Assembly (NCBI GenBank): GCA_017464085.1
Contig: JAFUEE010000163.1
Coordinates: 45 to 64,044 of the forward strand
Direction of reading: 5' to 3'
DNA length: 64,000 nt
DNA from: Pseudomonadota bacterium
GTDB lineage: Bacteria > Myxococcota_A > Bradymonadia > UBA4248
Position 1 is the stretch's first letter. Each line of letters starts with the position of its first letter. The notes under the pieces are model-generated. The model had not been told where the DNA came from, did not search any database, and saw only the letters and a program-made list of their open reading frames with translations. Made by a program: the position numbers and the translations under genes. Below are positions 1 to 10,000 of the stretch, piece by piece.

Positions 1-373
1 TTTAGCATATCGAACACCACAAGAAGTTTTGCTTGAATACCAAGCAGCCCTAACGTAAGCTAGTAATTACTGTCTACTAAAACAGGGATACCTCAATCCA
101 TAGGGGGGCCTGCGCTTCGGATATCCGGAAGCAGGCGCGCTGGAAGCACTGTCCGGGAGGATGACGGCTCATGCGCTGTGCCATTAAAGCCGCTTGGGGC
201 TGCACCATGAGGCACGGATGCCGGGCTGTGGGCCGGGATCGGGGGAGTTATGCTGTCTGTTCCTGAAAATCATAGACGCATCATGCTTTTTGTGAGAAAA
301 TAAGGAGCCCTGTTTTGGGGTATCACAGGCGCTGTTTTAAGGGCGTTGAGCGCGTCATTTTTAAGGATATCGT

Positions 374-1834
374 ATGATTGGACTGAAGATTTATGATACT
401 GCAGAGAAGAGCAAGGTCGATTTCAAGCCGCTTGTAGACGGCAAAGTGTCGATCTATGTGTGCGGACTGACGGTGTATGACCTGCCGCATATCGGCCATG
501 CGCGCACGTTTGTCGTGTTCGATGTGTTCCGCCGGTTTCTGAAGAAAGTGGGCTATGAAGTCAAGTTCGTGCGCAACCACACGGATATCGATGACAAGAT
601 CATCCGCCGTTCGTGCGAGGAAGGGACGACGCCGGAGGAGCTTGCGACGCGCATGATCGACGCGCTTCACGAGGACATGGCCTCGATCGATGTGGAACAG
701 GCGGACATCGAGCCGCGCGTGACGCAGCATATTCCCGACATCATCGCGTTCATACAGAAGCTGTTTGACAACGGCTATGCGTATCAGGCTGGCGGGGATG
801 TGTATTTCCGCGTGTCTGCGTTCAAGGATTACGGGAAGCTTTCTCACCGGAATCTCGACGAGATGATCAACGGCGTGCGCATCGAGGTGAATGAGGCGAA
901 GGAAGCTGCCGGGGATTTCGCGCTTTGGAAAGGGGAGCTTTCCGAGGACAAGCCTGCTTGGGATTCGCCGTGGGGCAGGGGGCGTCCGGGCTGGCATATC
1001 GAATGCTCGTGCATGAGCACCAAGTATCTTTCGCCGTCGTTCGACATTCACGGCGGGGGCCGCGACCTGATTTTCCCGCATCATGAGAACGAGATCGCGC
1101 AGGCCAAGGGCGCGCAGGAAGGTGATTTCGCGCGTTATTGGATGCATGTCGGCATGGTCGAGATCAATGGCGAGAAGATGAGCCACTCGCTGAAGAATTT
1201 CTGGACCGTGCGAGATATCCGCAAGCAGGTGCATCCCGAGGCGCTGCGTTATTTCTTCCTGACGACGCATTATCGCAACAACATCAATTTCTCGCACGAC
1301 ACGATTCAGGAAGCGACGCTCCGCATCACGTCGCTGTACCGAACGCTTGAGGCAGCCGACCGCATGTGCGCGCCGGCGCTTGCAAAAGACGCGTCGCTCG
1401 TGGCGGATGATGGATTTGTGGCTTCCCAGGTCGATCCTTTTGTCGAGGCGATGGCGGATGACCTGAACACCCCGAAGGCGCTTGCTGTGATGGCGCAGAC
1501 TGCCAAGCTCGCGAACGAGATCATTGATGCGCGCGGCAAGAAGAAGCCGGAACAGATCCGGATGCTGCTCGGCTGCCGCAAGGCGCTTCAGATCATGGGC
1601 GACCACTGCGGCCTTTTCAGCCGTGCGCCTGAGACTGCGCTGCTCGAGCTCCGCGAAAATGCTGTGCGCCGTCTCAACCTCGATGTCGCCGAGATCGAAA
1701 AGCTTCTCGCGGAGCGTGCTCAGGCGCGCCAGGAGAAGAATTGGGCGGTTTCCGACCAGATCCGCGACAGGCTTGCGGAAATGGGTGTTCAGATTCTGGA
1801 CCGCCCCGAGGGCACGACCTGGCAGGTGAGCTGA
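374..1834 (+). CDS. cysS: Cysteine--tRNA ligase
   Basis: 486 aa with a HIGH-type motif (PHIGHARTF) and a KMSKS-type motif (KMSHSLKNF). Length and layout are typical of class I CysRS. Confidence 0.95.
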   Translation: MIGLKIYDTAEKSKVDFKPLVDGKVSIYVCGLTVYDLPHIGHARTFVVFDVFRRFLKKVGYEVKFVRNHTDIDDKIIRRSCEEGTTPEELATRMIDALHEDMASIDVEQADIEPRVTQHIPDIIAFIQKLFDNGYAYQAGGDVYFRVSAFKDYGKLSHRNLDEMINGVRIEVNEAKEAAGDFALWKGELSEDKPAWDSPWGRGRPGWHIECSCMSTKYLSPSFDIHGGGRDLIFPHHENEIAQAKGAQEGDFARYWMHVGMVEINGEKMSHSLKNFWTVRDIRKQVHPEALRYFFLTTHYRNNINFSHDTIQEATLRITSLYRTLEAADRMCAPALAKDASLVADDGFVASQVDPFVEAMADDLNTPKALAVMAQTAKLANEIIDARGKKKPEQIRMLLGCRKALQIMGDHCGLFSRAPETALLELRENAVRRLNLDVAEIEKLLAERAQARQEKNWAVSDQIRDRLAEMGVQILDRPEGTTWQVS

Positions 1835-1943
1835 CTTTTTTGAGGCGCTGCGGCGGCTGATCGGGATGCCGCAGCGCATGTGATCGCCCCGGCTGGCCTG
1901 GATGCTGGCGCATGGGGCTTCTCTTTTATGGAAGGAGGAAAAA

Positions 1944-2405
1944 ATGAAAAGTGCTTATAAGATTCTGGCAAGTATAGGCATGATCGCGCTTTCGACCGCA
2001 GTGGGGCTCGGCGTGCGCCATCTTGTCGCTGCCCTCAAACGCCGCAAAGGCCAGGACTGCTGTGATGCGCCTGAAAATACGGATATCGTTGATTCACAGG
2101 GTGCTGAGGATGATGCCGAGTCTGAGGATGCCGAGGACGCTGAGGATAGCGCGGATGATGCTGCGGATGAGGCCGATGATGCCGAGGCGGATGAGGCCGA
2201 TGATGCCGAGGCGGATGAGGCCGACGAAGCCGAGGCGGATGACGCCGACGAAGCCGAGGCGGATGACGCCGATGATGCCGATGAAGATGCCAGCGAGATT
2301 CCGCCCATTTCTGAGGATGGGGAGATCATTGAGGCTGAGACGGAAATCCATCCGGACACGGTTTCGTCTTCGGATGACGCGGGTGCCTCGGATGCCGAAG
2401 CCTGA
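1944..2405 (+). CDS. Small membrane-anchored protein with an acidic (D/E/A) repeat tail
   Basis: ATG at 1944 follows a GGAAGGAGG RBS. One N-terminal hydrophobic helix, then repeats of the EADDAEAD type encoded by a 24-bp tandem DNA repeat. The minus-strand Ser/Ala ORF is its mirror image. Confidence 0.5.
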   Translation: MKSAYKILASIGMIALSTAVGLGVRHLVAALKRRKGQDCCDAPENTDIVDSQGAEDDAESEDAEDAEDSADDAADEADDAEADEADDAEADEADEAEADDADEAEADDADDADEDASEIPPISEDGEIIEAETEIHPDTVSSSDDAGASDAEA

Positions 2406-2485
2406 GCGTTTGTTTTCATATAGTGTTTTTGCGGGTTAGCCCGTTGTTTGAAAGGCCGGAGCTTTGAGTTTCGGCCTTTTTTAGG

Positions 2486-3640
2486 ATGGTAGAAATGCTC
2501 AAAGGCGCGGAACTGAACCTGTTGTTTTCGCAGGTATTCGGCTATTCGGCATCAGAGTTTGGCCACCGGATTGGATTTTTGGTGGATGTGCCTTCGGCTG
2601 CCTCGGAGGATACGCCGCAGTGGCGCGAACGCCGCATTCTTGCGATGCAGTGGGCACGCGCGCTTGCGAAGACATCGTTTCATGCGTGCATGGTGTATGC
2701 CTACGAGTCTGTGGGGCGCGGCAGCGATTTCATTCATCTGGTGTACAATATCCCGCTTTTGAGCGAGATTCCCGATCACGCGAGCCAGCTGGGATCTGTG
2801 GGGACAGAGATGGTTCCCGTGGGGGATGTGTATTCCCGGGCGGAATTCTGGATCGCGCTGACACAGGTTTCTGTGACGGGGATATTGAAGATAGCGGCGG
2901 CGCGTTACGGTTTTCGCGCGGCAGCGCTTCCAGGCTTTTCAAATGCGATGCTTCCGTCGCTCTGCGTGGATGTCTCTGTTGTGGATCTTCGCACGCGGAA
3001 GCTCGCGCAGGTGCTCACGGATGCGCAGTGGGCGTCGCTCGATTTCGATGTGAAAGGGCGGAAATACAGTCTGACGCTTGATTTGCGCTATCGCATGGGG
3101 TTCGCGTCGAACGGGCGTTTCCGGCGCAACGGTCAGACGGGCAATCTTCCGGGCGGGGAGGCTTATATCGTGCCTTACGAGGGGGAGAAGATCGGGATTG
3201 TGTCGATGACGGAGGGGATACTTCCGGTCAGCCATGAGGGCGATATCGCGCTCTGCGAGGTGTCTGAGAACCGTGTGGTGTGCATTGACGGGCGCAGCGC
3301 TTGGGCGGAGTCTCTCCGAAAGTCGATCGAGGAGGAGCCGGCGCGCGCGAATGTCGCGGAACTCGGACTCGGGATTCTCGGGGAATGGGACATCCGGCCT
3401 GTCGGGTATGCGATGCATGACGAGCTTCTCGGGATCCATGTCGCGCTCGGCCGTTCGGAGCATATCGGTGGCGTGACCTCTCCGGCGGATTTCAAGTCCC
3501 CGGGGCATGTGCAGCATGTCGATTACATCTTTCATCACTCGATCATGCCGGAAATCCGCATTGTGCGCGGCACGCTTGGGTACGAGGATCGCGAGGCTGT
3601 GTTTTACCTGAATGACCGGTATGTCTATGATGAGCTTTGA
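2486..3640 (+). CDS. Putative M29-family (AmpS/aminopeptidase T-like) aminopeptidase
   Basis: C-terminal motifs 'GNLPGGEAYIVPYEGE' and 'GIHVALGRSEHIGGV...HVDYIF' resemble the conserved M29 aminopeptidase blocks. I am relying on recall of these motifs, not an alignment. Confidence 0.5.
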   Translation: MVEMLKGAELNLLFSQVFGYSASEFGHRIGFLVDVPSAASEDTPQWRERRILAMQWARALAKTSFHACMVYAYESVGRGSDFIHLVYNIPLLSEIPDHASQLGSVGTEMVPVGDVYSRAEFWIALTQVSVTGILKIAAARYGFRAAALPGFSNAMLPSLCVDVSVVDLRTRKLAQVLTDAQWASLDFDVKGRKYSLTLDLRYRMGFASNGRFRRNGQTGNLPGGEAYIVPYEGEKIGIVSMTEGILPVSHEGDIALCEVSENRVVCIDGRSAWAESLRKSIEEEPARANVAELGLGILGEWDIRPVGYAMHDELLGIHVALGRSEHIGGVTSPADFKSPGHVQHVDYIFHHSIMPEIRIVRGTLGYEDREAVFYLNDRYVYDEL

Positions 3641-3678
3641 GTGATCTGTGTGCCCGCAGTCTGGGCATCTGTGGAAAA

Positions 3679-3750
3679 GGCCTATCCTTTCGGATACGGC
3701 CTTTGGCGTGCGTCGCTATCGGCCGGTGGCCGATACGCGCCGCTTTTTTT
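3679..3750 (+). terminator. Two tandem REP-like palindromes; the second ends in T7 and looks like an intrinsic terminator
   Basis: GGCCTATCC-tttc-GGATACGGCC (3679-3701) and CGCTATCGGCC-ggt-GGCCGATACGCG (3714-3739), followed by ccgc and TTTTTTT (3744-3750). Confidence 0.6.
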
Positions 3751-4156
3751 ATCTGTCTGTTATGTTTTCCTGGTGTTTCCTGCGGAAGACAAGTCTGCCA
3801 GGCAGGAAATCGTGGCGCGCGTATCCGCTCGCTTGAGAGAGAAGGATCCGAAGTATATCGTGATGATCAAGATCGAGCAGATTATATTTAAGCATCAGTG
3901 ATGGCAGACAGTCATGCGGCAAAAACTAGTCGTGCCGTGCGCTTTGCATTCTGGCGCAGGGATAGCGTGTCGGCGCGAATGTGAGGGATCGATGCGATTT
4001 TTTTTGATAAAATATGGGGATAACGACAAGATAAGCGTAAGAAAATCATGTAATGTGATATCTCTTGCGCTGGAAGTGTGTGAACTCCTGGCTGTTCTAG
4101 GGGGAAGGCTGATGTTTGGGTCGTATGGCGTACCTGATTAACGGGAGAAAGAGGCT

Positions 4157-6994
4157 GTGAGACGTGGATATATACTGAGTGTGGTGGCAGTGTCGTGGAT
4201 GTGCGGCGCATTTGTGACATCGTGCGGAGACGAGGGCGGGGAAAATAAAAAGGCGGAAGGCTGTGCATCGGGCAGCGTGATGTGCGGGGATGCATGCTGT
4301 GAATTCGAGTGCGTGGAGGGCGCCTGTATCGATGTGAAGACGGATCCTCAGAACTGCGGTTCAGCGGGCACGGTCTGTGACAAGGACGAGTCCTGCGAGT
4401 CCGGGAAATGTGTGAAACAGGGTGTTTCATGCACAGCGCCCTTGGAGCTTTGCGGTTCGGCGTGTGTGGATATGCAGACGGATGCGCTCCACTGCGGCAA
4501 GTGCGATCATGCGTGTCTCGGCAGTGAGTCTTGCGAGGGCGGCGAATGCGTGATCAAGTGCGCGGAAGGCTTGACGCTTCTGAAAGATGGCACATGCGTG
4601 GACCTGATGACGGACGGCGCGCATTGCGGGCGCGAAGGCAATGTATGCGCAGATCAGATGTACTGCAATGCCGGTGTCTGTGAATGCGTGGCAAATCATT
4701 ATGATTGCGATGGCGATCCATCGAATGGCTGCGAGTCAATCTTGATCTGCAAGGCCGGGTGTTCGGAAACGCAGACAGTCTGCGGTGATGCTTGCTGTGA
4801 TGATGGGATGATCTGCTGCGGGGATTCATGTATGGATGCGAGTGATCCGCGTCATTGCGGCGGCTGTGAGACGATATGCAGCCTTTCGCAGCGCTGCGAT
4901 GCCGGTACATGCGTGGACATGCCCGAGGGATTTGCCTGTGAGACGGCAGAAGCGCCGGATCTCTGTTGGGGGGCGTGTGTCGATCTTTCATCCGATGACA
5001 AGAATTGCGGCTCTTGCGGCGATGTCTGCGGCGAAAGCGAGACGTGCAAGGAAGGCGTGTGCCGTTCGAACAAAACTTCGAAATGCGGGGAAGATGAGCT
5101 CGAATGTTATGGCACGTGCCGAGCCGTGCTCGAGGATGACGATAACTGCGGCGCTTGCCTGAATGCCTGTGGCGCGAATGAGAAGTGCGTTCAGGGCAGC
5201 TGCGAGCTTCAGTGCGGCGATCTCATGAGATGCGGTCAGAAATGCGTGGACGCGCAGACAGATGCCAGTCATTGCGGAAACTGCGGGGAGGCCTGCAAGG
5301 CCGGAGAAGCTTGCAGCGGCGGCGTGTGCGGCTGCGCGGAAGGTCATTTTGATTGCGACGGCGATGCGTCGAATGGCTGTGAAGCCACTGAGGCGTGCCC
5401 GTGTTCTCCGGGCGCGGAACAGGCATGCTGGCGCGGTTCTGAGGCCAATATCGATCCGGAAACGAAGAAACCCTATGGCGAATGCCGGTTCGGCACGCAG
5501 AAATGCGATGCGTCAGGCAAGTTCTGGGGGCCTTGCGAGGGCGGTGTCTATCCGTCTGCGATCTCGTGCAATCAGTATGGCGACCTCAACGGCAAGGATA
5601 ATGACTGTGACGGCAAGATCGACACGGAATGCCGTTCGGAATGCGAGCTCAAGGCCGGGGAGATGTCGTATATCGGCTGCGAGTACTGGTCAGTCTATCT
5701 GTACAACCTCGTCACGACGAACCATACGCTCGTGTTCAGCAACCCGAGCGATACGGATACGGCGACGATCTATATTTATGACAAGAAACGCAACGAGAAT
5801 GTTTCCCAGCAGCCGGTTCACACGCTGGAGCTTGCGCCCAAGAAGGTGCTCGTGCAGCAGATGAATACCGGGAGCACGAATATGTGCGTCTCGACGAGCT
5901 ATATCCAGAATGCGTATCGCATCCGCTCGACATCTCCAATCACCGCCTATCAGTTCAACCCGTGGGACAAGGCGACGGCCAATTCGAACGATGCGTCATT
6001 GCTCTTGCCCGCGAATGTTCTCGGGAAAGACTATATCGGCATGACATGGCACAGCGAGAGCGGCGGCGACCATACGTCCTATCTGACGGTGGTGGCGACC
6101 TCTCCGGGCAAGACAAAGGTCAAGATCAAGACGACTGCGAATGTGGTGAAGGGCACGGCGATTGACGCGATGAAACCCGGAGAGGAACGCGAGTTCATGC
6201 TGGACCGTTATGGCGTTCTGACGCTCAACGCGCCCGCCAGTGAATCGGAAGAGCAGACGGGCACGCGAATCACTGCGGACAAGAATATCGCCGTGTTCGG
6301 CGGTTCGCGTTCGTCTTATGTGCCCAATGCGGCCAGTTCCGGGTGTTGCCGCGACCACATCGAGGAACAGCTCTTCCCGCTCCAGGCCTGGGGCAAATCG
6401 TATTATGCAGTTGCGGCGTATTCAAAGGGGAAGGCGGGGGACTTCTGGCGCATCATTGCGCGCGATGACGATACGAAAGTCACGATATCCGGGTCGCCGA
6501 CGATCCAGGACAAGACCTTCACGCTCAAGGCCGGGGAGGCCTATCCTGTGTTTGAGTCGCGCGGCGGCTTTATCGTCAAGGCGGACAAGCCGATCAGCCT
6601 CGGGCAGTTCTTGCCGAGCAAGGGCTATAACAAGCCCACGGACAATATCGGCGACCCGTCCTTTATCCTGACGGTTCCCTATGAGCAGTACCGCGATAAT
6701 TATGCTTTCCAGGTGCCGAATTCCTACAGCCAGAATTATATCACGATCATCTCTCCGGCAGATGCAAAGGTGAGTTTGGACGGAAAGATCTTGCAGGCCT
6801 CGAATTATGTGAACGGGGGCACGGAGAAGATCGGCTCGACGGGATTTGTCTATGGCTATGTCTCTGTGAGCGTGGGCGTGCACAGGGTTGAGGCGGATCA
6901 GCCGGTCGGGGTGTATGGCTATGGGTATCAGAACATCAGCTCTTACGGATATCCTGTGGGTCTTGACCTCAAAGATCTGAACAGTACGAACTGA
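4157..6994 (+). CDS. Giant Cys-rich repeat lipoprotein, paralog A, with a conserved C-terminal roughly 450-aa domain
   Basis: GTG at 4157 after a GAGAAAGAGG RBS; lipobox-like signal (VTSCG). About 10 repeats of D-x2-H-C-G-x-C-x3-C-x2-G/S-E-x-C-x2-G-x-C. The C-terminal region (YIGCEYW ... GYPVGLDLKDLNSTN) is shared with paralog B. Confidence 0.8.
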   Translation: MRRGYILSVVAVSWMCGAFVTSCGDEGGENKKAEGCASGSVMCGDACCEFECVEGACIDVKTDPQNCGSAGTVCDKDESCESGKCVKQGVSCTAPLELCGSACVDMQTDALHCGKCDHACLGSESCEGGECVIKCAEGLTLLKDGTCVDLMTDGAHCGREGNVCADQMYCNAGVCECVANHYDCDGDPSNGCESILICKAGCSETQTVCGDACCDDGMICCGDSCMDASDPRHCGGCETICSLSQRCDAGTCVDMPEGFACETAEAPDLCWGACVDLSSDDKNCGSCGDVCGESETCKEGVCRSNKTSKCGEDELECYGTCRAVLEDDDNCGACLNACGANEKCVQGSCELQCGDLMRCGQKCVDAQTDASHCGNCGEACKAGEACSGGVCGCAEGHFDCDGDASNGCEATEACPCSPGAEQACWRGSEANIDPETKKPYGECRFGTQKCDASGKFWGPCEGGVYPSAISCNQYGDLNGKDNDCDGKIDTECRSECELKAGEMSYIGCEYWSVYLYNLVTTNHTLVFSNPSDTDTATIYIYDKKRNENVSQQPVHTLELAPKKVLVQQMNTGSTNMCVSTSYIQNAYRIRSTSPITAYQFNPWDKATANSNDASLLLPANVLGKDYIGMTWHSESGGDHTSYLTVVATSPGKTKVKIKTTANVVKGTAIDAMKPGEEREFMLDRYGVLTLNAPASESEEQTGTRITADKNIAVFGGSRSSYVPNAASSGCCRDHIEEQLFPLQAWGKSYYAVAAYSKGKAGDFWRIIARDDDTKVTISGSPTIQDKTFTLKAGEAYPVFESRGGFIVKADKPISLGQFLPSKGYNKPTDNIGDPSFILTVPYEQYRDNYAFQVPNSYSQNYITIISPADAKVSLDGKILQASNYVNGGTEKIGSTGFVYGYVSVSVGVHRVEADQPVGVYGYGYQNISSYGYPVGLDLKDLNSTN

Positions 6995-7076
6995 GGTGGG
7001 CATATCTGGGGGATGAAATCAAGGGTTGTATTTGAAAAGAATCGGCAAGTGCCGGTCTGGTTTTAGAGGAGCAAAT

Positions 7077-10000
7077 ATGAACGTGAAGAAACAGGCGCGT
7101 GCTGCTGCCATATTTTTGGCTTCAGCGCTGGCATTCTATGGCTGTAGTGACAGTTCTGGCTCGGCTTCTGGCGGCGGAAGCGGAGATGCGTGCGACAAAG
7201 GCACGAAATGCGGCGATGTATGCTGCGAGGGCGCATGCGAGGGCGATGTGTGCATCGACACGTCTGCAGACCGCGAGAATTGCGGAGAAGTCGGTCATGC
7301 ATGTGAGTCCGGGGAGAAGTGCGAGTCCGGGGAATGTCAGCCGGAAAAAGTCACGTGCGGCACGGATGAGATGACGTGCGACGGCGTATGCGTCAATGTG
7401 AAGAATGATATCAATCACTGCGGCGGTTGCGGCCAGGCTTGCGAGGACAGCGAGGTGTGCGCGAACGGGCAGTGTTCGACGTCTTGCCCGGAGGGATATG
7501 CGCCGCTGAGCACTGGCGGCTGTGCCGATATGAAGACGGACAGCGACCATTGCGGTGCGGAGAACAACCGCTGCGAGACGAATTCGTTCTGCGAGGATGG
7601 CAGATGCGCGTGCACGGATGGCTGGTATGATTGCGACAATGTCAAGTCGAACGGCTGCGAATCGAACCGCACCTGCAATTTTGCTTGCGCGGAAGGGCTC
7701 AAGACTTGCGGGGAGCATTTGTGCTGCCCTGAAGCGGAAACGTGCTGTGGCGAAGGGTGCTGTGCGGTCGGGACGACCTGTTGTGGCGGCGATACGTGCT
7801 ACGACCTGCAGAATGATGCGGAGCATTGCGGCGGGTGTGATATCGGCTGCCGTGCCTCCGAAATCTGTGTGGAGGGGGCCTGCGTCGAGAATACGACGCC
7901 CTGCGAGACTGAAAATGAGATCGCCTGCTGGGGCAAGTGCACGGCCATTCAGAGCGATGTGAACAACTGCGGCGACTGCGGCAATGTCTGTCGCGAAGGC
8001 TGGTCTTGCGATGAAGGCATCTGCACGCTTCATTGCGAGGATCCGAAGACGCTTTGCGGCGATGCCTGCTATGACTTGTCCAATGACTTTTTGCACTGCG
8101 GAAGCTGCGAGACGGTCTGCGGACCGTCTCAGGTCTGCCAGGACAGCGCATGCGTGGAAATCTCCACGGTCATGCCAGACCTTGCGTGCGATCAGGAGAG
8201 CGGGGAGTCGTTATGCTGGGGCAGCTGTTACAAGCTTCAGGAAGACCGCGAGCACTGCGGCGCGTGCGATAACCGCTGCAATGAGGATCAGGATTGCACG
8301 GAAGGCAGCTGTGTCGATCGGATACCGCCCAACCCATACGGATGCGAGAATCAGGAAATTCTCTGTTATGGCAAATGCACCGATGTGTTCAGCGATGACA
8401 AGAACTGCGGGGCTTGCCTGAATGCATGTGGGGCAAATGAGAAATGCAGCCAGGGTATCTGCGAGATCCAGTGCGGGGAGCTGACGCGATGCGGCAGCAA
8501 GTGCGTGGATATACAGAGCGATGCGAAGTTCTGCGGCAGCTGTGAGACGGCCTGTGCCGATGGCCAGGTATGCACGGAGGGCGGCTGCGCCTGCGCGCCT
8601 GGCCGCTATGAGTGCGACAATGTTGCGGAAAATGGCTGCGAGTCGACGGAAGCGTGCAACTGTGTGCCGGGCTCGAAACAGGCATGCTGGCCTGGCTCCC
8701 CTGAGAATCGCCACAAAGGTATCTGCAAGGATGGCGAACAGGTCTGCGATGCATCCGGGCAGTTCTGGGGACCCTGTGTCGGCGGTGTGCTGCCTTCAAA
8801 AGTCACCTGCTCGGATGACGGCGTTCTCAACGGACTGGACAACGACTGCGACGGCAAGGTGGATGACGTGTGCTACACGACCTGCGACAATATCGCCGGC
8901 GAAAATTCCTACATCGGCTGCGAATATTGGCCCGTCTATCTCGAGAATTACTCCCCGTCCACGAAGAATCACGGGATCGTCATCAGCAACCCCAGCGAGA
9001 CGCGCACGGCGACGGTCAAGATTTTCAACCAGGCAGGCCAGAATGCCAAGCCGCCCAAGCCGCTCCATACGCTGAGCGTCAAGCCTGGCGGCCTTGCGTC
9101 CCTCGTCCTCTCCGAGGGCACGACAAACATGGTGATGAACACTGGCATCCAGGCAAAAGCGTATGTCGTCCGCACGAATACGCCGATCACGGTCTATCAG
9201 TTCAATCCCTGGGGCAAGGCATCCGTGTGCTCCAATGACGCATCGCTGCTGCTGCCAAGGAACGTGCTCGGCAAGAAATATCGCGGCATGACCTGGCAGA
9301 GCGAGAAGAGCTCGCTGCAGTCCTACCTGACTGTCGTTGCCGTGGAGCCCGGAAAGACAGCCGTTTCGTTCGACACGCGCTCGACGATCGTCGCAGGCAC
9401 CGGCGTCGCGCAGCTCGTTGCGAATGCGATCGGCAAATATGTCCTCAACCAGTTCGAGGTGCTCAATATGCTCTCGACGACGAATTCCGAGCAGACGGGC
9501 TCGTACATTGAGGCCGATCGCAAGATCGCCGTGTACGGCGGCTCGCAGTGCTCGTTCATTCCCAATAATATTTACGCATGCGACCATCTCGAGGAGCAGC
9601 TCTTCCCGATTCAGGCATGGGGCAAGTCGTATTTTGCAGTCCGCAGCGTCGCGCTCGGTGACAAGGGCGATTTCTGGCGCATCCTCGCGCATGAGGACAA
9701 CACGCAGGTCACTTTGCCCGCGAAGCTCGGCGGGACGATCACGCTTAAAGCCGGACAGTACAAGGAACTCGTCACGACCGATTCCTTCGAGATCGATGCG
9801 AACAAGCCGATCTTGGTCGGCCAGTTCTTCCCCGGCCTCGACTATCATACGAGCAATCCCAAGCACGAAGGCGATCCGGCATTCATCCTCGATGTGCCCT
9901 ATGAGCAGTATCGCTCGGAATATGCATTCATGATTCCCGACAGCTACCGCGACAACTATGTGACGATTATATCGCCAAAGGACAACGTCATCCACTACAC

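Noticed and set aside
323-1879. 518-aa minus-strand ORF fully overlapping cysS. The same pattern occurs at 7122-8096, 8796-10382, 13110-14741, 22159-23151, 31466-32653, 38077-39372 and 62076-63629.
   Set aside because: These are mirror or alternate-frame ORFs inside well-supported genes. They are typical of high-GC DNA: the products are Arg/Ala/Pro-rich low-complexity with no motifs.
1848-1880. 10-bp perfect inverted repeat after cysS, as a possible terminator
   Set aside because: The T-run precedes the hairpin and does not follow it, on either strand. Probably a structural hairpin, not an intrinsic terminator.
3641-3901. 86-aa ORF downstream of the M29-like gene; likewise small ORFs at 10340-10698 and 14781-15151
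   Set aside because: They run through REP-like palindromes and T-run terminators and have no RBS or motifs. Most likely non-coding.
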